Positions 50,491 to 63,369 of a DNA stretch of 64,000 nucleotides are shown here, piece after piece. Location of the stretch: positions 744,001 through 808,000 of the forward strand of contig MU058387.1 in the NCBI GenBank assembly GCA_013265495.1. Reading direction: 5' to 3'. The notes under the pieces are model-generated. The model was not told the DNA's origin. It did no database searches and saw only the letters and a program-made list of their open reading frames with translations. A program made the position numbers and the translations under genes. The DNA is from Vicugna vicugna (Eukaryota). The first letter of the stretch is position 1. Each line of letters begins with the position of its first letter.

Positions 50491-51342
50491 ACGTGCCCGT
50501 CGTTGGGAGACGCGCGCCTCGAACGCACACCTTTGCTTGAGTATTTCTGTTTGTGTATTTGCACGGAGCTAGGAGAGAGCACGGGTTCCTTTCAAAGATA
50601 GGGAAGACGGAACCTTTTGAAGTCTATATGAAAAGAGCTTAGGAATTAATGTCCTGCTGTTATCCAAGGTGTAAGTGCCTACCGTGTTCGAATCGCATCA
50701 GTGAGATTAATATTGAGAATCTTCTTTGAAGTCCCAACGCAGAAAGGCCTGGACGTGAGACCCAGAGCTGTTTCTACAGGGGGATCCATTCTCCATATCA
50801 AGCAACAGGTCCAGTGGGAAAATGAGGCCATATCTGTCTTGCTGGATTTTCCTGCCTTCACGTGTATATTCTCTGGTTGTGATGAAGAGGCTTTAGAACC
50901 GTTCAGCCGACTGGCGAGACATGAGCCAGCTTCTCGGAGTCAACTTCTGTAAGACTCCTGGGGAGGGGTTGGAGGGCTGTGAGATTTCTGCTTTTGAAAC
51001 TGGGCTTTTTTTCTTTTTTTTTTTTTCTCCCTCATTCCTCTTTGGACAGGCTGGTGGCTGCCTCGCTCAGGAAATTACAGTTCATTTTTTGACTGTTCAG
51101 GAAGGGCCTTTTAACATACCAGCGTCCCACAAACAAAAAGTGTCCTCCTGCGCAGGGCAGCGAGGCCGCAGCTCAGGCAGGGCCAGGAAGCAGACTCCTC
51201 TGAACTTTCGCCGTGGTTTGTTTCCTCACATTATCTTCTCTTCCAGATCTGGAGACTGACACGGAACCTGTCCGCAACAGATGTACGTGGGGTCAGTGAA
51301 ATCACCGCCAGCCCTCATCTTCCCCAGAAACCTACAGTGGGC

Positions 51343-51507
51343 GGGGGGTGGGTAACAGCTCCGTTCAGTGGTAGAGCACGTGCTTAGCACTCATGACGTC
51401 CTGGGTTCAGTCCCCAGTCCCTCCGTTAAAAATAAACTAATAAATACACCTAATTACCCTCTCTATCCCCCTCAAAAAAGAGAATTAAAAAAAGAGAGAC
51501 ACCTAAA
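51343..51507 (+). mobile_element. tRNA-Ala-derived camelid SINE (Vic-1 type) with TSD
   Basis: GGGGGGTGGGTAACAGCTCCGTTCAGTGGTAGAGCACGTGCTTAGCAC...GTCCTGGGTTCAGTCCCCAGT...AATAAATACACCTAATTACC + A-rich tail; flanks AAACCTACAGTG (51328-51339) / AAACCTAAAATG (51508-51519). Confidence 0.9.
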
Positions 51508-53184
51508 AAACCTAAAATGATCGAACATTTCTGTAAATATTAAAACAGTTGGACACACACTTTCCATGTAGGGTTTTTTTGTTTCTGTTTTTTATCTTTC
51601 TTGAGGCACTCCAGCACATTGGTTGCTCTTCGTCGCGATTACGCCTCATAGAACCCCAGACCAAACTAGAGGTGAGACAGGAACACCAGGGAGGCTTTTT
51701 TTCTTTCTTTCTTTCTTTTTTTTTTTTTGAAGCAACTTTTTAAAGTGGTAAAGAGAAAAAGGGACTTGAATGTGAGAATTTATTTTCTGGATTTGTTCAG
51801 TGCACAAGTAGATGAAAGAATTTCAGGTTTAGCAGTTCTAAAGTAACTGAGCCCATCATCCTTCTGTAGACTTTTTTTTTTTTTCCCTTTTAAACATTGT
51901 TACTGCTTCAGCTCTGTCTGCCTGTCACCAGGGTACCTGGGAGAATTCGGGATGTTTCATAGGCGAGCAGTTACCATGCAGCTGCGCAGATCAGAACATG
52001 CTAGATGGGCCTTCTTATGTGATGTGTTGACTTTCAATGGATTTGAGGCACACTTTAAATGGTAATGAGAATGCCGAGCTGGGAGAAAGCATATGGCTTT
52101 AATGATTTGTGTCTCAGAAAGCCAGCAAATGTTGAAAAACGGGAGTTTCCCGGGAGTAAAATTCTAGGTGAAATCAGAGTGTTTGAATGGCAGAAACTGT
52201 TTCTTCCCCTTTATTATTATTAACTATGCCTTTATGATCGTGTGTTGTTTGTATAGGAAAAAAAAAAGGAAAACCAGAATTTGCTGTTGACGTTTGGATC
52301 AGATTAAATATGACATAAGACTTTGCTCAAAAGGTATGACTCCTGGTCCTTTTGAACTCAAATCATCCTTTCCGGTAAAATTTAATATGAAAAGTCAATT
52401 AAAGTATAATAAGGAAAAATGTCGTTCAAGGAGCTGGAAAATGAGAGAAAATGTGTCGGCGCATGAAAGAAAGATGAAGAGAAATATTAGCTATTTAGCC
52501 AGGCCCTACATTTATATATGTAGCACTCAGTGCATAGTCTCTTGTTAACCAAGAGGGCTACGTGAGTAAATGAGATAAGGCATTTGGAGATACTAGATCT
52601 CTTTATGGGAAAAGAATTGGAGGTTCCATTATACGTTGCTTTTCACTGTTTGCTCCACCACATTTTGCCAGCTGCCTTTCCCAGCTAAATGACAGAAGCC
52701 AGTGGGGTTATTTTTTTCTTAATCTGCACTGTTTCCATAGTTAAAACCGAATGCTGGAGATAACTAAGGGTAGTTGACTTTAGGATATTTAGGGGGTTCT
52801 GAGAACTTGTGAGAAGTCCGGTCTGTCACAAAGACATCATGCTTCCTCTGTAGTTAAGTCACTTCTGCTTCTGCAGAAATGTAGAGGCGTGGGGGAGTTA
52901 CTTGGTAAGATGTGTGGCTGAACATTATATCCTGATAGGATGCTACTGCTGAGTGGCACGGCAGCGATGGTGCGCCGTGGTGGCATGATCTTACACCAGC
53001 AGAACTGACTGACTTACAGTCAAAACCACCATTGTCTATGGTTGGCAAATAAGCCTTTGATCTCCTGAGTTTTAGACTCTTTAATGGCTTCTCGACACTT
53101 GTCACTATTTCAGTTCAGTTGTTTCACTCAAAACCGTCAATTTAGTTCCTTCTTAAAGAAACAGTCTAAATCGAATGATGAAAA

Positions 53185-53390
53185 TAATCATTACCATTTA
53201 TTGAGCACTTACTTTTTTCAGGCCATTTACTAAGTAAAAGCTTTCGATAAAGGTCTTCATTTAATCTTTACAACCATGTGATAAGGAAACTTTGGATTAG
53301 AGATATTAAATGATTTACTGAATATTTGCCTCCAGCTCATTAATGGCAGAGAACATGTTCAGACACACAAGTCTGTCTGATTCCATGTAT
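53185..53390 (-). mobile_element. MIR SINE
   Basis: CCATTTATTGAGCACTTAC...CAGGC...TCATTTAATCTTTACAACC...GATAAGGAAACT...TAATGGCAGAG...GTCTGTCTGATTCCA. Confidence 0.75.
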
Positions 53391-54174
53391 TCATCCTGGA
53401 ATTAAACAGGTTTCTTAATTGAGTAAAAATACTCTTCCGAAATTCTAAACTCCCTTGGATTTTTCAGGTGATTTTTGGTTGCAGTGCACAGGTGATAGTT
53501 ACTAGAACCAACACTGGAAGCAGAATCAGGAAACCAAGTTTCTGCCATCCTCATCAACGTTTTATGTCCACTATATTCAGATGCTCCAAGAAGTCCTTCA
53601 AATCTTAAAGCTACTTCTCAGTTGGACCCAGTGGGCAGCACTCCATCCCTAGGATGCGTGAGATTTTCAAACTGAGAGAGACTTTAGGCATTATAAAACC
53701 CTCTTCCTGTTGTAACACTCCTGTTATAATACTTTCTGTTTTAATACTCAAGCCCCCAAAATGAAATGACTTTCCCCACAGCCACACGTCTAGTTAGTGA
53801 CAAAACTTAAGACCAAGATGCAAGGCTCTGGGATCCATGGGTTTATCCTCTTTTGGTTATTTACACAGCCTCTTGTTAAAAAGTAGTGTTGAGTAATAGA
53901 TTTAGTCACATACAACAAATTTTATGCAGCTGTCCATTAGGATAAAAAAAGGAAATATTTTGTGTTTGTTTGTTTTAAATTCACGTAACAAATGCAAACA
54001 GCTTTTGACTCTATGAAATACTCCTGACTCAATGGACTAGAATCATTTTCCCGTGTCACAGATGGCCATGTCCTGGATACCCTTCCTTAGTCCAGTCTTG
54101 GGAATAGTCTTAGTAACTGCCATCAAATTGGTGGCTGCCATAGACACAGAGTATTTCTGTTCCTCATTCTGAAA

Positions 54175-54620
54175 GTAACTCTATAAGGTTGGTATAGTTC
54201 TTCTTATTTACCAGGAGAAAACAGTGACTCAGCAAAGTTAAATGACTTTCACAATGTCATGTAGCTACTCAGTAGAATATTTAGGAATTGAGCACTGGTT
54301 TCTCTAACTGTAAAGTTAATATGTTTCCCTCTGTACCACAGTGGACTACCGAAATTAAAGGTGAAGAATTAATTCAAGTTGAAGAATTGTCAAGTAAGTC
54401 TAATGATGCCGTGCAAGAAAAAATTAATTCCTCCTTCTCAAATTGCACTAGACATTCAGTTTAATCATTCATTCATTCATCCTTGCTTTCTTTTATCAGT
54501 GAGTTAACAGATGCATGTGTAATTTCATAAATCCGGAAACCAGGTCGCAGGAAGTTTAAGTAACTTCCCCAAGGTCATAGAGCCAGGAAGTGGTAAATCT
54601 GGGATTTAAATCCAAGACCT
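54175..54620 (-). mobile_element. Two MIR fragments (about 54175-54340 and 54520-54620)
   Basis: GAAAACAGTGACTCAGCAAAGTTAAATGACTTTCACAATGTCA and GTTTAAGTAACTTCCCCAAGGTCATAGAGCCAGGAAGTGG...GGGATTTAAATCCAAG. Confidence 0.7.
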
Positions 54621-54739
54621 AAGTAGATGGTTAGATTGCATCCAGCTATGGAAAATTTGAAATGACATTATCCTCACAGGCGGTAGAAATAAAGGTTTGA
54701 GTAGGGCAACACGATGATGTTACTTTCCAGATACTAATC

Positions 54740-55460
54740 TGTAAGTGGTTGAGGGTGGCTACGAAAGAGAGACTGGAGACAAGGAGACATGAGGCAAGTT
54801 CAGTTTAGCTTATTCATGGTGTTAGCAGTAAATATATGAAGAGAGAGTTTTAAAGTAAGAACTGACCTCACCAGCAACTCATTTGGGTGGTAAGTTAGGA
54901 GGAAGTAGGAGATAGTGGTGGCTTCTTCGCTGTGGGTAACCAAGGGGATGTGGATGCCATTGGTCAAAAGGAAGAAGTCAGAAGATCCTGAGGGATTTGG
55001 CTTGAAGTTCCAGATGGATGTATAGCTGTTAGTGTCCATGTTTATAGAAACGTAGGACTGAATTTCTCATGAGATGGTGGGACTGGGTTGAAGATCTGGG
55101 ATCCAGCTTTATTAGATTAAAGCAGTAACATTTCATCGTGCATCGAAGAGAAGGTGCAGAGGATAGAACTGTTACTGTTTGCATTTAGGGGTTGGGAAGG
55201 AAAAAAGATGTGGTCATTAAGTAAGAGGAACATGGACAGGGTATCAGAGAAGCTGGCAGACGGGGGTGTTTAGGGAAAACAAATGGTCAGGAGTGTCATT
55301 CCTTGCAGAGAAGTCAAGGGGAAGGAAGATTGAAAGAGATCATTAGATTTTCTATTATGAAATATCATAATGTGGACATTTTAGAGAGAAGTTTCAAATG
55401 TATTTCAGGATAGAATGAGCCAGATTTTAAGGAGCCAGAGGGTAAGAAATAGAGGTCATA
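54740..55460 (-). mobile_element. L2 LINE fragment
   Basis: Purine-rich stretch with GAGACTGGAGACAAGGAGAC...ATGGTCAGGAGTGTCA...GCAGAGAAGTCAAG...CATTAGATTT...GAGCCAGATT typical of antisense L2; approximate. Confidence 0.55.
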
Positions 55461-56279
55461 CAACTTACAGGAATGCAAGGAGGAAGATGGATTAGGAGTG
55501 TGGTGGACTTCCGGTTCTGGAAAGGGTTTTTAAAATAGCAAGGACCCGATCATCTTGGTCATCAGAGAAGACCAGTTTGAGGTCAAGTCTTTGTATCAAG
55601 TCTGCGTATCATGCTGTACTTTGTCTCGTTCACTCCAAGTGCTTAGTAGATGTTTGTTGAATGACTAATTTAACCTTCTATCAAGCCAGAAAGATAGATC
55701 CTAACTTAATTTTATAAATTAAAGGAACACATGGAATCAAATAAACAAATGGTCCTATAGTAGACAGGAGGATGGGGAGGAGGTTGGGTGAGGGACACAA
55801 GGTTAACTTCAGAAAGAAGGTTCAGCTGATGGTCAGGCAGGGGCTCAGGAAGGCCGTGGGGATGCAGGGACAGAAGCAGAGGTGCTGCAGGGTGTGTAGG
55901 ATGACTGGAGGGAAGCAAAACGTGGAAGCGACAACTGACAGAATGTGGCCCAGGGCTGGCAGTGAACTGGCAGCCCGAACCCATCAGGGCCAGGCTGAGC
56001 TTGCGATGGATTCATCAACCACCATTGAGCCATTTTGTCAGTGTTGCTTACAAGCCCTTTTGAACTTTAAATGACACGGCGTGATCCTAATAAAGAAATC
56101 CTGGAGCACAGCCAGCCTGCCAGGACCAAAATTATGTCCAACATCATCGATTCCCCGGAGAGACCGCAGACCTTCGGAGAACAGGAGGCAGCGGCTGCCC
56201 TTGCCGCTGGGGCAGGCGGCTGTGGATTCATGGCCTGGGGAGGAAAACCCTAATGCTCTTCCCACCCCAAAGGAAAGAG

Positions 56280-56500
56280 AACAACTCTGGAATCAGAACA
56301 CTTGGATTTCAACCCAGCCCTGCAGCCAACTACCTAGATAAACCTGAGCAAATCTGTGGGATTGCCTGAGCCTCAGTCCTGTCATTTACAAAATGGGACC
56401 AATGACAGACTTAGCTTATAGAGATGTTGTGCAGATCAAATGAGATGTATGGAAGAGGACTTTGTAAATTTTTAATTCAATGCAAATGTTAGCTTTTTTA
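56280..56500 (+). mobile_element. MIR SINE
   Basis: ACTCTGGAATCAGAACACTTGGATTTCAACCCAGC...CTGAGCCTCAGT...CATTTACAAAATGGG...GTTGTGCAGATCAAATGAGATG. Confidence 0.75.
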
Positions 56501-57620
56501 ATCATTGCCAGTACTGTTGGTAAAGCCATGGAGACATGAGCAGCTGAGAAACAGGACTATCAGAAGGGTGGCCCTGTAACTGGCAAGTAGCACTCAGAAA
56601 TGGGAGGTTTGTCCTTGAGGCCAGCTTGGAGTGTTTTGAATACCAGGCTATGCAAATGGTTGCTCTGGAAAGTCAGGTAGAGGAGTTCATTTTCTATGAC
56701 AAGCAGTGCATCTTGATCTGTATGGAGGAAAGGCCCTTTCTGCAATAGACACTTTTTTAAAAGACCGTATCGGAAACTTGTCATTAAATATTTCTAGGAA
56801 AGGGCAATGCGTGTGTTTCATGGGGATATATGTTTTTGTGTGTATATGTACATACACACATTCACCCTGTACATGCATATAAAAATGTGCATGCATGCTA
56901 CATGAAAATATACACATAACTGCCTTATTTTATCTGCTGTCTCCTGCCAAGCTGTAACAAGCTGTCTCTGCAAGTAACGATAGATTCATTACAGTTTCTC
57001 AAAGTAGCAATCGTGCTAACACAGTCATGACCTAGTGTCTGTGCGCAGACTTGGAATTAGCATTGCAGAACCATCCCTGGCCCGCTCAGGGCTCTGCTGC
57101 CTGCCCGCTTTCCACTGGAAGGCGAGACGGCTCTTCTGATTCCATTACAGCATCCTGCAGCTTGGCGAACAAGTTGCAGAAATCAGGACTGATTATTCTC
57201 TGCGATCTCTTTGTCTTTGTCGGCGTGTGTTCAAAGCCAAGTTAAGAGTTTTCTAAGCAAGAGTGGCTTGATGGGCCTCTACATTCAGTCCAGAGAACTA
57301 TGATTTGGCCAAATCTCCAATTATTAGAGGGAGTGAAATAGAAAGGGTGGGTGAAATGTTGCTTAGGATCCTTACTTTCACGTGACTTCCTTTGGCCTTT
57401 AGCCGAACAGACCTGGCAACTTACTAGGAAACATGGTGCTGGAATGTCATCACGTGGATGGCATAGCCTTTGATGCATGTGTGGGGACCTTTCATTCTTG
57501 TTTGAATAAAACTAATAACCATTTTTAAGATATATTACCAACAAAATCTGTCATAACCCCAGATTAAATAATCATTTTTGTGCTCGGGTTTATTTTGTAG
57601 GGTTGGGAATAATAAGGTGA

Positions 57621-57783
57621 TCTTCTTCTTCTTCTTCTTCTCCCCCTCCTCCCCCTACTCCTCCTTCCCCTTCTCCTTTTCTTCCCCTCCTCCTCCTCCT
57701 CTTCCTCCTTTCTCCTTCTTTCTCTTCCTTCTTTCTCCTCCTTCTCCTCCTTCTTCTTTTCTTCTTCTTCTTCTTTTTTTTTT
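57621..57783. repeat. 163-bp polypyrimidine/polypurine tract of CTT/CCT repeats
   Basis: Only one purine (A at 57657) on the + strand across the span. Confidence 0.95.
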
Positions 57784-59713
57784 GGAAGTGGTTTTCTTCT
57801 TTACAACTCAATAACTCAATGGAGAGTTAGAAATGGACCTAATCTCAAATGCCACCTTCTTTCCAAATCTTTCAGATACTCCCAATCAGACATTCCGTTT
57901 TTGTTCTGCCTGGATACAATTTCGTTGACACCTCTGTTTACGGCACTTATGACCTTCCGCCTTCAGTTATTCATTTATCCATCTAACTTGTCTTCCTGTC
58001 TCCTAAGTAAGGCGCAGACAAGGACTTGAACCCATTCATTTCTGGATTCCCTGAAGGAACTTGGGGTGGAGTTCTTCACTTACTATGTGCCCACTTGGTA
58101 ACTGCTACTGTTACTGCAATGAAATAAACTCCAAAGAACAATCGACAGTGGTCCCTCCGCATGTATCTATAAGGAAAAAGAAAGTTGAGATTCTGGGCAT
58201 TGATTATTAAGGAGAGAAAAAAAAGAAAAAGACTTGTGTCATAATTCCTTCCAGAATAATAACATTGACTGAATAACTGAAAGCTCAAAACCAGCATATT
58301 AAAAAATGCCCCTGTCGTATCGTTCCTCAAAGAGTGATGCTCTCTGCCAAGGATGAGATAAGGACAGATAAATAACTTCTGATAGAAGATGAAGGGATTC
58401 TGCCTTTATTTTTTCTTCTTTTCTTTTCTGTCAAATCTTGGCAGGTAACTGAGACCTGGATAAAGAATAGAGAAGGGGGTCAGAGATTAAAACTGTACAG
58501 ATTTTTGGCTAACAGAAAGTGACTTTTCATTGTGTCTCGAAGGGACCCTTCTAACAATGTTAAAACCTACTGCTTTGGTTGAGATCCTCATCTATCGCTT
58601 TCTCTAATGTTAGTTTTATGAACCCAAGAACTTCAAAGCCTATCCTACCTAAATTAATCCCTGTCTTACTAGTTTTGTTTTTAATTTTTGTGGAGTTTTT
58701 TGTTGATTTTTGGCAGGATGGGATGGGTTGGAAAAGTGTTACTTATTTTCAAATTGAAAGGAACTTAGATATAACGAAATCCACCTCCTTCCATAAAGAT
58801 GTCTGACATGACGCCTGGGGAAGTTAAATGACATGCTTGTATTACTGGAACGTTCAGGAGTAAAGTCATGATTTCTTAACTCTTACCCCAGCCTCCTTCA
58901 CTTACACTTGATTTCGTGTGTTTTCCACATGCTTGTCCGTTGCCTGGTAATCTTCTCTAATGTGCGTATTTTATTTGCACAATGATTCTGTACATTTTTC
59001 AAGGACTCAGATCATATCTTTGACTTCTTTTGACCTCTAACAACCAAGCCCGAGTCTTTGAACATTATTATTCACAGTAGGTCACCCTTTAAGGATTAAT
59101 GATTGCCGTGGGCAGCATTTGTTTGCACAAATTGCCTTGGGTGAAGAAATTGAGGGAGAGTGATGGAAAACTCCACCGAAAAGGAAAAAAAAAAAATCAG
59201 AAGCTAGATAAAGAAGCCTAAGGATTGTTTTTAAAACTGAGAAGAATTTTTTCTATCATTCTTACTGTTTTTGAAATTGGATTGCTGGTAGAGGGAATAA
59301 AAGGATGCAGATAAACTAAATTGCTCTAAATAGGTGCAGTTCGGAGCGGTCCTGGAGAAATGCCTTCAACACGGGCTTAGAAAATGGGAAATGAGTCTTT
59401 CCTGCTGTGTGTGTTCAGAGGGCCGGGATGAGGAGGACTAGGAGAGAAGAGGGGAAGACCTCAGTGGTCCTCTTGGCCCCGTCCGGCTGTCGGTGCCGGT
59501 TACTGAAGACGTGACTCCGACATGGAAGGTTCTGAATCATTACAGGTTGCAAAGAAGACACCACTAAGAATTCATAGCCGTTTGGGGGCCTAACTGCAGT
59601 GCACCTGATAAATAATTCAGGTCGTCAGAAGTGCCTGGTGTGGAAGACTTTAACCGTGCTTTTTCATCTTTTCCTTTAATATCATCCCGGGCTTTTCCAT
59701 CTGATTAAAATCT

Positions 59714-59716
<3 letters not shown>

Positions 59717-59757
<41 letters not shown>
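59717..59757. repeat. (TC)20 perfect microsatellite
   Basis: Uninterrupted TC run. Confidence 0.95.
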
Positions 59758-59761
<4 letters not shown>

Positions 59762-60160
59762 GCTTTCTTCCCTCCCTCTTTGTTTCTCTCCATCACATTT
59801 TTCTGCCCCTGCCACTATCTCTGTATCCCTGCATCTGTCTCTAGCTCTCTTTTGTCAAGAAGGACCATTTAGGAAGCCCCTTGTTTAGTTTTTCTCTCAG
59901 CTACATTATGCTTTTGATAACTTACAAATACAGTTGGAAATAAGGAGCATCATTTATTTTGGTAATGGTAACTCTCTCCTTTGGATGGTGTTTAAGCACT
60001 TTTGCTTAAGTTTTTGCCTCAGTAATAAGTCATAGGTTTTCCAAGCTTTAGGGCTGATGGAACCATGTTATATATATGAAAATGTATGTAGCCTACAAAT
60101 TATCTAATAACAGACATAATTGGGACAGTGATTTCAGTTAAATTAAGAAATCGTTAAATA

Positions 60161-60283
60161 TTTAAGGGGGGGTAATTAGGTTTATTTATGTATTTATTTT
60201 TTTAATGGAGGTACTGGGGATTGAACCCAGGACTTCACGCATGCTAAGCACGCACTCTACCACTGAGCTATGCACTCCCTCTC
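60161..60283 (-). mobile_element. tRNA-Ala-derived camelid SINE (Vic-1 type), A and B boxes intact
   Basis: Minus strand reads ...CATAGCTCAGTGGTAGAGTGCGTGCTTAGCATGCGTGAAGTCCTGGGTTCAATCCCCAGTACCTCCA, then A-rich linker and CCTAATTACCCCCCC. Confidence 0.93.
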
Positions 60284-60530
60284 TCATAACATTTTGATAC
60301 CCTAGATACACTATACAGCTGTTCATGTACTGTGGCCATTTTGAGGGTCATGAACTGTCACATATCTAAGGTTTTCTTCTCCTTTTCCTAAGAACCATTT
60401 TCCTTACCCCATCAGGGACAGTGTTGCCTTGATTAAGAATGTATTTCAGACAATTGTGTTCTTCCCCAAACCAAGGCATCAGGGTACTGTATTAGAGTGG
60501 GACTGACTCCCTATAATGCAGGATTGAGGA

Positions 60531-60765
60531 ATTTTTTTTTTTTGTTGGAATATAGTTGATTTGCAGTGGTGTGTTAGTTTCTGGTGTGCAGCATAGTGAT
60601 TCAGTCATACATAATACATATATATTCTTTTTCATTATGGGTTATCACAAGACATTGAATATGGTACCCTGTGCTATACAGTAGGACTTTGTTGTTTATC
60701 TGTTTTATATACAGTGGTTTGTATCTGCTAATCCTAAACTCCTCACTTATCCCTGCCCCACTTTT
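60531..60765 (-). mobile_element. 5'-truncated L1 3' end
   Basis: Poly-T, then GGAATATAGTTGATTTGCAG...TAGTTTCTGGTGTGCAGCATAGTGATTCAG...CCCTGTGCTATACAGTAGGAC...GTATCTGCTAATCCTAAACTCC. Confidence 0.9.
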
Positions 60766-61159
60766 GACCTGGAAGTCATGCCCCGTTTGCCCGTAGATGC
60801 TCCCTGCCCTGAGATAAGTACTTTGTTAGTGGATTGTCACTGAAGATACAAAGTCATTATTTGTTGGCCTGGAGAGTGGGAGGTGGTAGTTTCTTGGAAC
60901 TGCTGAGGGTATGATCTTGGCACCTGGAAAAGAAAGTTTCCGGTTCCAAGAATGAGAAATCTTTTTGCGAAGGCCCGGAAGCTGAAATTGGGCTTAAAAG
61001 CGGATGTTTAAAAGGAAGACTCTCCCTCGGTTCACCGTCAAGCCTGCTTTGCAGCCTTGCTCTGAGGGTTGATGTAAGTGGACTGTACTCAATCACCTTG
61101 TCTTATGATTAATTGTGGCCTTTTTTTCCCACCGTATTATGAGTTACTGAACTGAGCGC

Positions 61160-61530
61160 ATCTCGGGCTGCCATGACAAAGTACCACCTGCTGGGTGGCT
61201 TAAACAACAGAAATGTCTTTGTTCACAGTTCTGGAAGCTAGAAGTCCAGAAGCGAGATGTCCGCAGGGTTCTGAGGCCTCCCTTCCCGGCTTGTAGGTGG
61301 CTGCTTTCTCCCTGTGTCGTCATATGCTCTTCCCTCTGTGTATGTCTGCGTCCTGTAATCTCGTCCTACAAGGACACCAGTCCTGTTGGATTAGGGCCCA
61401 CCCTAATGACCTCATTTTAACTTAATACCTCTTTAAAGGCCCTGTGTCCAAACACGGTCACACCCTGAGGTACTGGAAATTAGGACTTGAACATTTCAGT
61501 TTCAGGGGACACACAGTTCAGTTCTTAGCA
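61160..61530 (-). mobile_element. MaLR solo LTR (MLT1B-like)
   Basis: GGGCTGCCATGACAAAGTACCAC...GGTGGCTTAAACAACAGAAAT...CACAGTTCTGGAAGCTAGAAGTCC...AAGGACACCAGTC...GGATTAGGGCCCACCCTAATGACCTCATTTTAACTTAAT...CTGAGGTACTGG. Confidence 0.88.
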
Positions 61531-63369
61531 ATCTAAGACGTGTCGGGTCGCGGGCATTCAATAAGGAATGAATGAATGGGTTTTTGTTTACATTTTTACT
61601 GTTTTTAGAGTTAGTGATTGTAGCAATACTTGAGTCATTAATAAATTTCTTACATTTATTATATTTCTTTTACCCTGAAGATACGCTTAGGAGATAAAAC
61701 TCCAAGGTGCTGTTTATACTTACTCCGTAACCACGCACCACTTTTCTCTTCAAGGAGGAGGGTCCTCTCATCCTGTGAGGAGCCACTGTCACAGCCAGTG
61801 CGCCCCGGACACTTGCAGGCCCCTGGGCAAGGCTAGCGAGAGGCCCACCACAGATCTAACCTTGCAGAAGTTATCAGTCTTATTCTCAGGTGGTTTATAA
61901 AGTGTGTGTAGTTCTCCTGCCGTGACTGATCTGCTTTTGGAATGTCCTAGAAGGCCAGGCGGGTTTGAAGTCTCAGAGCCCCCCAGCTCTGCGTGGAAAG
62001 TAGCAGTACAGAAAGGACTGGTCCCCAGCCTCTTCTTTTCCCACAGTGTGTCATCTTGAACCCTAAGGGGCTTTGCACACACACACACACACACCAGCTC
62101 TGCACCTGCCTCCCACCTGCCAGATGAACAGGCCCAGAGGTGTTATAACCTCAAGGGAAGACAGACCCAGCTGAGAAGCCTGCCCAGGCCCCGGGAGAAG
62201 GTCTGGGGCAGGGAACTCTGGACCCTGGTTACAAATTGCATAGCTTAGATGGGGCTGTGGAGAGATACAGGTTTCTGATGCGGGGTGCTGCTCTTGGGTC
62301 AGAAGGGTGGGGCTGTGGTCCATTTCAGCTCCTTCAGGAACTCTCACTGGTTTTGAGATTATCCCCAGACTCTGATTTCCTTAAAGAGTGAGCAAGAGAG
62401 TTGGGGGTGGCGGGGGCGGTCAGAACCTTCTGGGAAAACACCAGGGTCAGGGCTTAGCCGAGTTCAAAGGCAGCTGATGGGGGGGTGGTTTCACCCAGGA
62501 ATTCCCTTCATGAGGTCCCAGCCCTGAACACCCACAGTTTCTGCACCCATGAGTCCCCCAAAAGGCCAGCTCACAGCTCGGGAGGAGACCCGACTCTGGT
62601 CTGGAAACGTGAGAGCAGATTTCAGGATTTCAGGGAAAAGCAGGTGCTGCTGGGCCTCCCCAGGAGCGGTGGCTGCCTCACCTGCCGCGAGCCGGGGCCG
62701 GGGCGCCGCCTCTGGGCTCAGGTCAGACAGCGCGGCCCCTCCTGAGTGATGCAGCCCTGCCTGTCCCCAGACGGCACTAGCCACTTCCGTGTCACTAGGG
62801 TCACGAGAAGCCACTCTTTCAGAATTATCCATGGCTGTGCTCATAGCTTCAGAAAAAGAAAAAAGCCAGTGCTTGTCTTCACCAAGTAGAATAATTTATA
62901 GGTAGGGACCAATTTACTTGGTAGGGGACAGCGGGTGCTCTGCGCCTTTCCCAGTGGAAGGGACATCATGCTAAGCAGGGCGACAGGCTTCAGTGCTCAC
63001 CGTGGAAGAGGGGAGGGCCTTCTAATTAATCACAAGGCTGTCTTTACGCAGCACGGGTACCTCACTTTGTCCTGTTTAGTCAGAGCTGAGTTGCTCTTAT
63101 TTATTTATTATTTACACAGCATCTATTTTCAAAGAGAATTTGAGACAGCTGGAGAAAATGGGGTGGGGTTGGTATATGGGAGGCTCCCTGAAACCAGACA
63201 TTTGAAGAGAAAATTCTGATGGAAGGAAGTTTGGTGTTTTCTTCCTTAAGGTTTCCTCTTCCACTTCATCATTACTTCCCCTCCCTCAAAAAACTTCTGT
63301 TGACTCTCTGCCGTACAGATTCAGGTTGTCCCTTTTCACCATTACCATCCCTCGCCATGCCCTCCCTGC

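Noticed and set aside
57578..57814. K/R/E-rich and F/S/P-rich ORFs on both strands
   Set aside because: Translation of the CTT/CCT simple repeat.
60206..60277. tRNA-Ala(AGC)-like sequence (also in the four other SINE copies)
   Set aside because: The acceptor stem does not pair and it is followed by the SINE linker/tail shared with the other copies. It is a SINE head, not a tRNA gene.
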